Below are positions 1 through 9,521 of a DNA stretch of 64,000 nt, in pieces. A program made the translations under genes and the position numbers. Location of the stretch: IMG/VR virus record IMGVR_UViG_3300020455_000010, one strand, 5' to 3'. This DNA comes from an uncultured virus (IMG/VR IMGVR_UViG_3300020455_000010). Lineage: Duplodnaviria; Heunggongvirae; Uroviricota; Caudoviricetes. Within the stretch, counting starts at the first letter, position 1. Each line of letters opens with the position of its first letter. The notes beneath the pieces are model-generated. The model saw only the letters and a program-made list of their open reading frames with translations. It did not search any database and was not told the origin of the DNA.

Positions 1-333
1 GTGTTATGCAGCACGGATGTCTTTGGGAATCAACAGGGTATTAAAATGAGATTTGGACCTACCAATTCTGATTATGTGTTTCAAATACAGGGTGGATCCA
101 ACCAACAAGCATATGGAACAGGTAGATATATTACTGGTGCTAACCATTCAGATGGTTCTTATGGTGTAACTGCTGTAGGTAGTGAAGGTGGATTTATAGG
201 TGGTAACAAGTCTGGTAAAGAAAGTATGTTTGTTAGTGAGGTATGGCTTGCTGATGCACATTCTATAGATATTAAAACCCTCGATGAATCATATCCTCTC
301 AAATCATGGAACATATTAACAATACCAGAATAA
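1..333 (+). CDS. 5'-truncated small virion-associated protein, paralog of the two following ORFs
   Basis: Open from the window edge; C-terminus EVWLADAHSI...WNILTIPE matches the ends of ORFs 335 and 704. Confidence 0.7.
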   Translation: MLCSTDVFGNQQGIKMRFGPTNSDYVFQIQGGSNQQAYGTGRYITGANHSDGSYGVTAVGSEGGFIGGNKSGKESMFVSEVWLADAHSIDIKTLDESYPLKSWNILTIPE

Positions 334-334
334 C

Positions 335-694
335 ATGGCAACAACAGTATATTCAGGAACAGGAAATGTTTCACATACTAATAATTCTGGTGGTAATCAG
401 AGAATTCTTATCTATTGGTTAAAAATTGGTTATGTTAGTGGTATGACTAACACCATGACTATTGGTAACATGACCTGTCCTGTAAATGAACCACAAGTTT
501 ATGGGTTAAAATTGGCAATTAATACTTATAGAAGTGGTGCTAGTAGTATGACTAATACTATGACTGTAGCATCTGGTGATGGTACTGCTGATGGTGAAGA
601 AATTCCATTGGAATGTTATATTGCTGATGGGCAGCAGTTCCAGGTATGGGGTAATTCTGTGGAAACATATAATTTTATAGTAATAGACGAATAA
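335..694 (+). CDS. small putative virion protein (paralog family)
   Basis: MATTVYSGTGNVSHTNNSGGNQRI...ECYIADGQ...YNFIVIDE. Confidence 0.75.
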   Translation: MATTVYSGTGNVSHTNNSGGNQRILIYWLKIGYVSGMTNTMTIGNMTCPVNEPQVYGLKLAINTYRSGASSMTNTMTVASGDGTADGEEIPLECYIADGQQFQVWGNSVETYNFIVIDE

Positions 695-703
695 ATAAGT
701 ATT

Positions 704-1090
704 ATGGCATCAACAGTAAACGCAGGAACAGGTAACTGGTCATACACCAATAACACTGGTGGTAATGTCCGTGTTATCATTGCATTCTTTTATAATAATC
801 CCTCTCAATCATATAATTCTGGACTTACACAGGTCATTGCTGGAGTAACTGTTGCTACTGCTACTAGTGGAACAAACCAAAGTTTTACTGGTTTTGGTAA
901 GCATGTTACCTATATGGTTAGTGGTAGTGGTACTACTCCTTTACAAGTGAAAAATGTAGTTGGATACCAAGCTGGTGGTTCTGGTTTTGTTGATGAATTC
1001 TACCTTGCTGATGGTCAAAGTGCCTCTGTAAGTGCTGCTGGATCACTTCAACCAAAAGGATATAATATTTTAATAGTCCCAGAAGAATAA
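704..1090 (+). CDS. small putative virion protein (paralog family)
   Basis: MASTVNAGTGNWSYTNNTGGNVRV...EFYLADGQ...YNILIVPEE; ATAAATA just upstream. Confidence 0.75.
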   Translation: MASTVNAGTGNWSYTNNTGGNVRVIIAFFYNNPSQSYNSGLTQVIAGVTVATATSGTNQSFTGFGKHVTYMVSGSGTTPLQVKNVVGYQAGGSGFVDEFYLADGQSASVSAAGSLQPKGYNILIVPEE

Positions 1091-1094
1091 TAAA

Positions 1095-1727
1095 ATGGCA
1101 ATAAATCTCCCCAATAATCCATCAGATGGCGATACCCATTATGATGCCACTGCAGGTATTACCTGGGTATGGGATACAGTTTCATGGAAAGCACAAGGTG
1201 TCGCAGCATCTGGTCTTGTAAACAATCTTCAAGATCTTTCAAATGTAACTATTGCTAGTCTTCAAGACGATCAAGTTTTAACTTATACTGCTGCACAGGG
1301 ATGGCATAATGAAAGTGCCCAAAGTGGTAGTGGTAGTGGGGTTCCTTCTATTCAGGATATTACTGGTACTGCAATAGGAGTGCCAACAGGAGAGGCACGA
1401 GAACTAAATATAACAGGATACAATGCTTATGCATTATTTAAAATAGAAGTATCACATGATGCCTGGGTAAGGTTATATTGTGATGATACTTCTAGAGATA
1501 ATGACATCAATAGAAGTGAAGGTAATGATCCTAGTCCAGGATCAGGATTACTTGCTGAAGTCAGAACCACAACTACTGGACAAGTTGTAGTATTAACACC
1601 TTCAGTACTAGGATTTAACAATGATAATCCTAGGACAGACAACATTTATGCTTCTGTTACTAACAGAACAAGTTCTGCCCAGAACATTCAAGTAAAACTA
1701 ACACTCGTAGAAATAGGCGATAATTAA
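1095..1727 (+). CDS. short fibre-like virion protein
   Basis: N-terminal PNNPSDGD...WVWDTVSW anchor motif, LQDLSNV fibre repeat; C-terminal domain homologous to that of 4601..6037. Confidence 0.65.
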   Translation: MAINLPNNPSDGDTHYDATAGITWVWDTVSWKAQGVAASGLVNNLQDLSNVTIASLQDDQVLTYTAAQGWHNESAQSGSGSGVPSIQDITGTAIGVPTGEARELNITGYNAYALFKIEVSHDAWVRLYCDDTSRDNDINRSEGNDPSPGSGLLAEVRTTTTGQVVVLTPSVLGFNNDNPRTDNIYASVTNRTSSAQNIQVKLTLVEIGDN

Positions 1728-4286
1728 ATGGCAATACAAAATAACACACCTTTTGTTCGTCACGTTGGTGGCACTGAAGGAGATACAGGTTGGGATCAAG
1801 CAGATGTTTTAAATGCTATAGAACAAGTACTAGCAGATGCTGGTATTCATGGATCTAGTACTAGAAAATCTGGTGTACTTGTTAATTGTCTTGCTCCTGG
1901 ATCTACTACATCATATAATGGTGGTGGATATGGTGATGCAAAATGGCAACATTGTGGTGGTAAAGGTATTAAAATGCCAGGTGTTGCATATAGACAGATA
2001 AGAGTAACTAATAATGGAAGTGGTAATTATGTTTTAACACCTGCTGTGTTTCCTGCTTATTTTCACGCAAATGGTGAAGTTAGGATGGGTGGATTTGGAG
2101 GTGGACAGCACACTTTTGCTACTAATATATCTAATGGTGTTGATATAGAGCAAGTTAGTGGATTACATCGTGATGGTTATCAAACAGGTGATTCATTTGT
2201 TTTAAGAAACCCTAATGGTAATGCTGCTAATGTACCACCAGAATTAACAGTTGGTACTACTTATTATATAATTTTACCTGATAGTTATAGTGATGTAACA
2301 AATGATAACTATGTTGATACAATTAGGTTAGCACCAACACAATCTGATGCAATAGCAAAAACTAATATAATAACTTATGCTAGTAACCATAATTTTGGTT
2401 CCCCTGCAAATAATCAAGATATTAGTGTATATACTTGCGAATTTGAATTTCCTGCAGTAACTAAAGTATCAATGAGACAAGGAGATAGAATTACATTTCA
2501 TTTAAATGTACCTGGACATCCTTTTACTATAGTTGATACTACAAGTACTAGTTTAACTTTCCCAGGTGGTACCTATAGTGATGTTAGAGAATTAAATTCT
2601 ACTAATTTCCAAGGAGTATCTTATAGGGCATATCCACAAAATCTTGGATTAGAAACTGGAAGAGTTTATTGGGATTGTGATCAATGGGTTCAAGGAGATT
2701 ATGCATTGCAATGTAAAAGTCATCAAGCAATGCAGAATGTTATAGAAATTAAAGCAAGTATAAACAATTATTTGGGCAGTAATAGTTATCATTCTCCTTA
2801 TTGGGATTATGAAGTACCTGCTAATGGAGGTAGAGATGCATGTACATTTAGAGTTTTTAGAAAAGGAACAGAAGTAGGTGGAGATAGTTTCGGTGCTGTT
2901 AAATCTGTAAGAGTTCAATCAGAATCTTCAGCAGGTTGGACTACTGATGAAGTATTTACTATACCAGGAAATCAAATAGGTGGTGCTACACCAGAAAATG
3001 ATATTATATTTGGTGTCAATGCATCTACTACCCAACAACAAGCTGCTTATAATGCTATACCTAGTGTTCAGGCATTGGATGTTGGTAGTGGTACTACTAA
3101 TTTCTATACAAAGTATCTTCAAAATAAATCAGCAATTCTAGAAATTGACAATGATACTAATAAAACTTATGGTAAGACTTACTATGGTATTAGATTAAAA
3201 TCTGATAATCAATACCAATTACAGATAGGAGCAGGAGTTAGTTGGAACTATTTAAATTGGAATCCAACATCCACAACTATCACTGCTGAAGGTTGTTGGG
3301 GTGGTGTACAAGGATTTGATTGGGTAAATAACGCATCATTTAATTGGGATACCACACACTATGCTCAATATGAGTATGCAACAGGATCAAATGCTAATAC
3401 TTATCCATTGAAGGTACAAGTTTGGAAAGCAAATACAAATGATCCTCAAGATCCAAACTTTCATATTCTTCAATTTGTTCAAAATATTAACGGGGATGAT
3501 ATATCACAATTGTCATTGTATTTCCATAAAGGAACTGTTATTGGTAATGGAATATGGGATTTAGATCATGTTTGGCAAGGTGGTTTTACATCTTTCAGTC
3601 CAGTATGGTACTCTTCTGCTGAAGAAACTATCAAATTTGAGACAAATATGGCAAAGGGTTATGCAGGAGCTCAAGAAGATTTAGATACTAATAACGCATT
3701 AAGAAGATGTGCAGAATATGGATACTTTAGAGATTCTACTAGTACGAACACTGATGATATGAGTATGGCAACTTATTATTCTAGTAATTTATACAATAAC
3801 AATAACCAACATGGTGGAACAATAAAACCATATTTCAGAGATAATTCTTATGATAAATCTACAATTGATGATTTTAAAGGGGATAGTTCTTCAATTGATA
3901 TTGCTTATGGTGGTGGTATAGTAGGAAAAGCAACTGGTGGAAAATTTGATTATGGTAATAATGTTGGGTATTATTTGGGAAATAAAAATGACATACCAGC
4001 AACAACACAAATGCCAGTGGCTGCTAATTATTATAAACCAATAAAAGGATTACCTATACAGAATTGTTTGGCACCAGTTCCTTATTATCTTCCTGATGAT
4101 TATGTTGTAATTCCATTTAATGTGACTCCAGGTGCTACTACATTCCATACTGGAGATGCAATTGAAGTTTCTGCTTCTGAAATATACAAGATTATTGAAG
4201 TTTCATATACTGTTAATCAAACAACATATGATGGAGTTTCAAGTAATTCTTGTAAAGGTATAGCATTCTGTGCGAGGACAACCTAA
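1728..4286 (+). CDS. large virion structural protein with internal cupredoxin-like domain
   Basis: G/T/N-rich beta protein; GDRITF...GHPF...YALQCKSHQAM resembles a type-1 copper ligand set. Confidence 0.65.
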   Translation: MAIQNNTPFVRHVGGTEGDTGWDQADVLNAIEQVLADAGIHGSSTRKSGVLVNCLAPGSTTSYNGGGYGDAKWQHCGGKGIKMPGVAYRQIRVTNNGSGNYVLTPAVFPAYFHANGEVRMGGFGGGQHTFATNISNGVDIEQVSGLHRDGYQTGDSFVLRNPNGNAANVPPELTVGTTYYIILPDSYSDVTNDNYVDTIRLAPTQSDAIAKTNIITYASNHNFGSPANNQDISVYTCEFEFPAVTKVSMRQGDRITFHLNVPGHPFTIVDTTSTSLTFPGGTYSDVRELNSTNFQGVSYRAYPQNLGLETGRVYWDCDQWVQGDYALQCKSHQAMQNVIEIKASINNYLGSNSYHSPYWDYEVPANGGRDACTFRVFRKGTEVGGDSFGAVKSVRVQSESSAGWTTDEVFTIPGNQIGGATPENDIIFGVNASTTQQQAAYNAIPSVQALDVGSGTTNFYTKYLQNKSAILEIDNDTNKTYGKTYYGIRLKSDNQYQLQIGAGVSWNYLNWNPTSTTITAEGCWGGVQGFDWVNNASFNWDTTHYAQYEYATGSNANTYPLKVQVWKANTNDPQDPNFHILQFVQNINGDDISQLSLYFHKGTVIGNGIWDLDHVWQGGFTSFSPVWYSSAEETIKFETNMAKGYAGAQEDLDTNNALRRCAEYGYFRDSTSTNTDDMSMATYYSSNLYNNNNQHGGTIKPYFRDNSYDKSTIDDFKGDSSSIDIAYGGGIVGKATGGKFDYGNNVGYYLGNKNDIPATTQMPVAANYYKPIKGLPIQNCLAPVPYYLPDDYVVIPFNVTPGATTFHTGDAIEVSASEIYKIIEVSYTVNQTTYDGVSSNSCKGIAFCARTT

Positions 4287-4567
4287 TGGATTTCGGATCT
4301 GGCATTACTTCATTTCATACAATAGAATCTCCTGTTACGTTTGCTAATAAAACAAAGCATCTACAGGGATCAATGTTGGGTAATTTTACCAATGTTCCTG
4401 ATGGATTTGAATCTTGGGGTGATGAAGCAACTCCATATGTTGGAAAAACTGTATCAACATTATTTAATGTTACATTAACTGATTCAGGAACATTTACAGA
4501 TCCACAAAGACCTGGTTCTGGACAATTATTTCCAAGAGGTAAACAGTGGAGTCCATCCAATACGTAA
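4286..4567 (+). CDS. hypothetical virion-associated protein
   Basis: TAATG coupling with the upstream gene; RPGSGQLFPRG near the C-terminus. Confidence 0.6.
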   Translation: MDFGSGITSFHTIESPVTFANKTKHLQGSMLGNFTNVPDGFESWGDEATPYVGKTVSTLFNVTLTDSGTFTDPQRPGSGQLFPRGKQWSPSNT

Positions 4568-4600
4568 TAATAAATACTATTATCAAGGAATGCTAGTACC

Positions 4601-6037
4601 ATGACGTTAAGAAACGTACCAATAACATATACTTTAGATCAACAGAGACAAGAGATAAACAATCTTGCTGGTGATGTAAATGATCTAGATGTTAATTTTA
4701 ATGAGAAAATTGATGATAGAATTAATGGATTAATAACTGCTGGCACAGGTATTGCTGCTGTTTATGATGATACAGCTAATACTTATACTCTTGCATTAGA
4801 TTTTACAGAATTTACTACAAATAGTCTTACAGAGGGTGTGAATGGTTTATTCTACACAAGTGTTAGAGCAATTAGTGAAATTGATAATAGAGTAACTAAA
4901 ACTTTTGTAAATAACTTACTTGTAACTCAATTAGGTAATCTAGCACAAATAAATTTACAAGATGGTGCTGATTCTGCAACTATTACTCCTTCAAATTATA
5001 ACTCTAATAATTGGGATACAGCATATGGTTGGGGTGATCACAGTCAAGCTGGGTATGTAACTAGTGTTGGTGCTATTGCTCTTAACGATATAACAGATGT
5101 TAATGTTAGTGGTGTTGTAACTGATGGTCATGTTTTAAAATGGGATGGTAGTACTTCTAGATGGATTGCAGGACCAGATTTATCTGGTGGTGGAAGTGGA
5201 GGAGGTATTTCTCTAACTGATATTTCTGCAAATAGTCTTTCTGCTTCTGGTGGTGGTTCTTTAACATATAATAATGTTTCAGGTGCTTTTACATATACTC
5301 CCCCAGATCTTTCTGCAATAAATACAGACACTCTTGATTCAGTAACTGGTCGTGGCAGTTCAACTGCAAATAATATAACTGCTGGTGGTAATGGATCTAC
5401 TGGTGGTATAACTCTTTCTGATGGTAGTGTTGCTATAAGAACTGGTACTGGAAACGTAGCAGCAATTGATTTATATTGTGAGGTTAATAACGCACACAAA
5501 GTAAGTATAAAAGCACCGTTACATGCTAATTACAGTGGTAATGTTAATTTTATTTTACCTCCAGATGAAGGTACTAATGGGTATGTTTTATCCACAGATG
5601 GTGCAGGAACCACAGGTTGGGTAGCACAGTCTGGTGGTGGCGGTGGTGGCAGTGGATTAACTTCAAGAACAACTGGTTCTGCAACTGCTACAAATTTAGC
5701 TGATACAGCAGCAGCAGATATAACAATTACTGCAGCAAAAGCATTTAGTTTATTAAAAATACAAACATCACATGCTGCATGGGTAACTCTTTACACTGAT
5801 ACTGTTAGTAGAACTGCTGATTCTAGTAGAACTGAAACAACAGATCCACTTCCAGGTTCAGGTGTACTTGCAGAAATCATTACATCTGATGGTGCTACAC
5901 AAATCATTACTCCAGGTACTATTGGATGGAATAATGACCCAACACCATCTACTAACATATATGCAAAGGTAGTTAATAAAAGTGGTAGTACCGCAAACAT
6001 TGCAGTAACATTAACATATGTTCAATTAGAGGTGTGA
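4601..6037 (+). CDS. tail fibre-like protein
   Basis: N-terminal coiled coil (TLDQQRQEINNL), LNDITDV and TLDSVTGRG fibre motifs, Gly linkers, C-terminal domain shared with 1095..1727. Confidence 0.7.
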   Translation: MTLRNVPITYTLDQQRQEINNLAGDVNDLDVNFNEKIDDRINGLITAGTGIAAVYDDTANTYTLALDFTEFTTNSLTEGVNGLFYTSVRAISEIDNRVTKTFVNNLLVTQLGNLAQINLQDGADSATITPSNYNSNNWDTAYGWGDHSQAGYVTSVGAIALNDITDVNVSGVVTDGHVLKWDGSTSRWIAGPDLSGGGSGGGISLTDISANSLSASGGGSLTYNNVSGAFTYTPPDLSAINTDTLDSVTGRGSSTANNITAGGNGSTGGITLSDGSVAIRTGTGNVAAIDLYCEVNNAHKVSIKAPLHANYSGNVNFILPPDEGTNGYVLSTDGAGTTGWVAQSGGGGGGSGLTSRTTGSATATNLADTAAADITITAAKAFSLLKIQTSHAAWVTLYTDTVSRTADSSRTETTDPLPGSGVLAEIITSDGATQIITPGTIGWNNDPTPSTNIYAKVVNKSGSTANIAVTLTYVQLEV

Positions 6038-6038
6038 T

Positions 6039-8210
6039 ATGGGACTATACGATCATTCAGATGATAAGGTATATGTTGTCACACTTGAAAATAAATCTGA
6101 TTTAGAAAGTTTTTATTCTGACATGGCATCGGATGGATATAAACTCCATCTAAAACGTCCTATCAGTAGAAGTACAGAGTACTATATGAATAGTACTGAA
6201 GCACAAGATATACGAAATGATTCTAGGGTTGCTGCTGTTGAAATTAATATAGATGATGATCCAATAAAAGAAATCACACCTTTTTATACTGAAGTTAATA
6301 ATACTCCATACGGATTTGCTGGGGATTTTGAGAAGTCAGATTCTGCAAGTCAGCATGGTGATAATGAAAAACAGTGGGGTCATTTACACTCCTCTGGTGA
6401 TGCTGCTGCAAGACAGAAAGGAGTTTTTGGACATGATAATACTTCAATGGTTACTGATAATGTTGAAATTTATGCAGATGGAAAACACGTTGATGTAGTT
6501 ATTGTTGATAATCCAGTTTCATTTGATTGTGCTGAATGGCAAAGTCCTACTACTGGACTCAATAGATTTGTAGAATATGATTGGTTTGGTCAGTTAAATG
6601 GTTATGTTAGTAGTATAGATGATGATGGTAATGCACTTCCTTCAGGAACATATGGATATCACCCCAATTCTGCTAATGCAACATTTCATGGCACACACGT
6701 TGCTTCAACAGTAGCAGGACAATGGTATGGATGGGCAAGAGAAGCAAATATTTATAGTTTACATGTAAACCTTGGTAGTGGTTTTGGAACTCCTGTAACA
6801 TCTACATTAGTATTTGATTATTTGAGAGCATTCCACAGACACAAACCAATAAATCCTTTAACAGGTAAAAAGAATCCTACAGTAACAAATCATAGTTGGG
6901 GATCTAGTTACAACATATATCCATTTTATGAAAGATTATTAACTGAAGCTGATGTTGCTAACATTAGAGTTCGTGGTGTTACATATAATGCTGGCAATCC
7001 TGGTCCTAATGGATGGACAATTGATGGAATCCATAAAGATTTTGGTGTAGGTCCATCACAATACAGATATAATGCTGATAGCACTGGGTCTAGATATGAC
7101 ATGGAAGATGCTATTGAAGATGGTGTAGTTATTATTGCTGCTGCTGGTAACAATGATCAATATGGTATACATAGAGATCCAACAGCACCAGAATATGTTG
7201 ATTGGAATAATTATATTCAATTTAATCTTCCTAGTGGTTCACTATACACAGCTTATCATAATAGAGGATCTTCTCCAGCTAATTCTAAAGGTTGTATTAC
7301 TGTAGGTTCTATTTCAAATCTATCTGATTTTAGAAAGTCAGACTTTTCTAATTTTGGACCATTGATTGATGTGTGGGCACCTGGAGATAAGATTCAAGGT
7401 GCTTGGCCAAATCCTGCTAACATTTATGTTGCATCAGGATTAAATGGTGTTGGTTATGTTGATAACAAATATGGTGGTGCTAATTGGAGATATACTATTG
7501 GTGGAACTAGTATGGCATCACCACAGGTTTGTGGTATTGCAGCATTGTTAGCAACAGGTAAAGAAAGATTTACTAATAGTGATGTAATGGGATTCATACA
7601 AAATAATTCTTATGAAAATGATATAACATTTAATATTAATGGTGGTTTGTTTGATGATAGAACTTGTGATGGAGGGGGAAATCCATTATATGGTGGATCT
7701 ACTTCTACCACTAGAGAAATAAGAGCAATCAATCCAAGAAATGTGAGTGGTGTTATTGATGGGTGGTATAAAGAAACATTGAAAGGTATGAGGAGGGATA
7801 TACATTCAATTCCCCTTAATGCCCAGATGTATCCTAGAACTAATACTTATTATAGACCTATTTCAGAGGCATTGATTAAGACTTACCCAATAACTGTTAC
7901 TGTCTCTTACGGTAGTTATAAATTAACAGGTGATGATAGGAATACTACTCATAGTAATAGTACACAACCAACAATCAATGTAAAGAAAGGTGATACTATA
8001 GAGTTTACAGTTAATGCTGTTGGACATCCATTCTGGATTAAAACATCTCAAAGTATTGGAACTGGTGGTGCATATAATACTGGAGTAACTGGCAATGGTG
8101 CAGAAAATGGTTCTCTCACATGGGATACTACTAATGCAATAGTAGGAACATATTATTATAATTGTGAATATCACTCTTCTATGAACGGGATGATATACGT
8201 GAATGCCTAG
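6039..8210 (+). CDS. S8 subtilisin-like serine protease with C-terminal cupredoxin-like domain
   Basis: Asp (VVIVD), HGTHVASTVAG, AAAGN oxyanion Asn, GTSMASPQV; C-terminal GHPF...YYYNCEYHSSMNG. Confidence 0.9.
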   Translation: MGLYDHSDDKVYVVTLENKSDLESFYSDMASDGYKLHLKRPISRSTEYYMNSTEAQDIRNDSRVAAVEINIDDDPIKEITPFYTEVNNTPYGFAGDFEKSDSASQHGDNEKQWGHLHSSGDAAARQKGVFGHDNTSMVTDNVEIYADGKHVDVVIVDNPVSFDCAEWQSPTTGLNRFVEYDWFGQLNGYVSSIDDDGNALPSGTYGYHPNSANATFHGTHVASTVAGQWYGWAREANIYSLHVNLGSGFGTPVTSTLVFDYLRAFHRHKPINPLTGKKNPTVTNHSWGSSYNIYPFYERLLTEADVANIRVRGVTYNAGNPGPNGWTIDGIHKDFGVGPSQYRYNADSTGSRYDMEDAIEDGVVIIAAAGNNDQYGIHRDPTAPEYVDWNNYIQFNLPSGSLYTAYHNRGSSPANSKGCITVGSISNLSDFRKSDFSNFGPLIDVWAPGDKIQGAWPNPANIYVASGLNGVGYVDNKYGGANWRYTIGGTSMASPQVCGIAALLATGKERFTNSDVMGFIQNNSYENDITFNINGGLFDDRTCDGGGNPLYGGSTSTTREIRAINPRNVSGVIDGWYKETLKGMRRDIHSIPLNAQMYPRTNTYYRPISEALIKTYPITVTVSYGSYKLTGDDRNTTHSNSTQPTINVKKGDTIEFTVNAVGHPFWIKTSQSIGTGGAYNTGVTGNGAENGSLTWDTTNAIVGTYYYNCEYHSSMNGMIYVNA

Positions 8211-8238
8211 ATAAATATAACTATAATATATTTTTGTT

Positions 8239-8427
8239 ATGGATACATCAAAAATGCGATCAGAATTCGAAGCACAATTGAAAGATTATGCTTTTAGAAT
8301 TAAGAAAGGTGAGGAAGAGATTGATAAACTTAAAGAGTATAAATTAAAACTCGAAGGTGGTTTAGAAACTCTTGATTTACTTGAAAAACAACCAGCAGAT
8401 GTGAACGATGGCAGCAGTCCCAGTTAA
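8239..8427 (+). CDS. small coiled-coil hypothetical protein
   Basis: Heptad pattern KLKLEGGLETLDLLE; ATAAATA upstream. Confidence 0.65.
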   Translation: MDTSKMRSEFEAQLKDYAFRIKKGEEEIDKLKEYKLKLEGGLETLDLLEKQPADVNDGSSPS

Positions 8428-8746
8428 CATACTAATTGATCAAGGAGCAAATTTCGATACTTCTTTTTATATTACAAACCAAGATGGTACTCCGCTTAAC
8501 ATGGCAGGGTATACTGGTGAGGCCGCTTTGAAGAAAAGTTTCTCTGCTAAAGAAACTGATCGAATTCCATTTACACTATCATTTCTTGATAGGACTCTTG
8601 GACATGTTCAAATTGCATTAACTCCTACTGAAACATCTGCTTTGAGTAGAAGAAGATATGTATATGATATACTATTAACTTCTCCTAACGATTATAAAAC
8701 AAGGGTTATAGAAGGTCTTGCTGAAATAAATTATGGGGTATCCTGA
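8408..8746 (+). CDS. virion structural or adaptor protein
   Basis: NILIDQGANF...RRYVYDILL...TRVIEG motif typical of cyanomyophage structural modules. Confidence 0.7.
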   Translation: MAAVPVNILIDQGANFDTSFYITNQDGTPLNMAGYTGEAALKKSFSAKETDRIPFTLSFLDRTLGHVQIALTPTETSALSRRRYVYDILLTSPNDYKTRVIEGLAEINYGVS

Positions 8747-9462
8747 TGGCATATAATGTCAGACTTGGAAATAATACTCATCGTGTAGCACAGCGTCCAT
8801 CGCCACAATACACACTTGATGTTAATTATGAGATACCTTCTAAATCAACACAGTTTACTAATAAGAAATTAGATAATATAACTGGTCAATTTAATGGTAC
8901 CGAAGATACATTCGCTTTAACCATTAATGGAGATGCATATTATCCTCTTAATGATGAACAGTTGATGATAACTGTTAATGATGTAATTCTTGAACCAGGT
9001 ACTGATTATACTATATCAGACGATAAAATTGTTTTCAGTACTCCACCTACATCATCAAGTCCATTCTTTGGTATTGCATATGCAACTACTGCTGATTTAA
9101 CAAGGACTCTTAATTATGTTATTGATAGTGGATCCGATCCACTCAATCCAGGAATCAAAGGTAACATGACAATAGATGTTACTGGTGTTATAGAATCTTG
9201 GACAATTATTACTGAAGAAGAGGGTAATCTAAAACTAGATATTCAGAAATGTAGTTATGATGATTTCCCAAATTTCACATCTATATGTGGTACAGAATTG
9301 CCACAGTTAGGTGTATTAAATAATTCACAAGAAAGAAAGGCAAAAAACGACACCCTTTCTACTTGGTCTACCGAAGTATTTTCAGGTGACATATTTCAAT
9401 TCGAGGTTATCTACGCTATTAATATCAGTAGATTCGTCATCTCATTGAAGCTTAAACTATAA
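8746..9462 (+). CDS. virion structural protein
   Basis: LDNITGQFNGTEDTFAL...LEPGTDYTI...IVFSTPP beta module seen in cyanophage baseplate and fibre proteins. Confidence 0.65.
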   Translation: MAYNVRLGNNTHRVAQRPSPQYTLDVNYEIPSKSTQFTNKKLDNITGQFNGTEDTFALTINGDAYYPLNDEQLMITVNDVILEPGTDYTISDDKIVFSTPPTSSSPFFGIAYATTADLTRTLNYVIDSGSDPLNPGIKGNMTIDVTGVIESWTIITEEEGNLKLDIQKCSYDDFPNFTSICGTELPQLGVLNNSQERKAKNDTLSTWSTEVFSGDIFQFEVIYAINISRFVISLKLKL

Positions 9463-9481
9463 ATACTATCGGATATAAATA
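9458..9481 (+). promoter_or_regulatory. two tandem T4-type late promoters (TATAAATA)
   Basis: TATAAATA at 9458-9465 and 9474-9481 upstream of 9522. Confidence 0.75.
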
Positions 9482-9521
9482 AAAATAACCAACAGAAGAT
9501 AAAATACGGAGAGTTTCCAAC

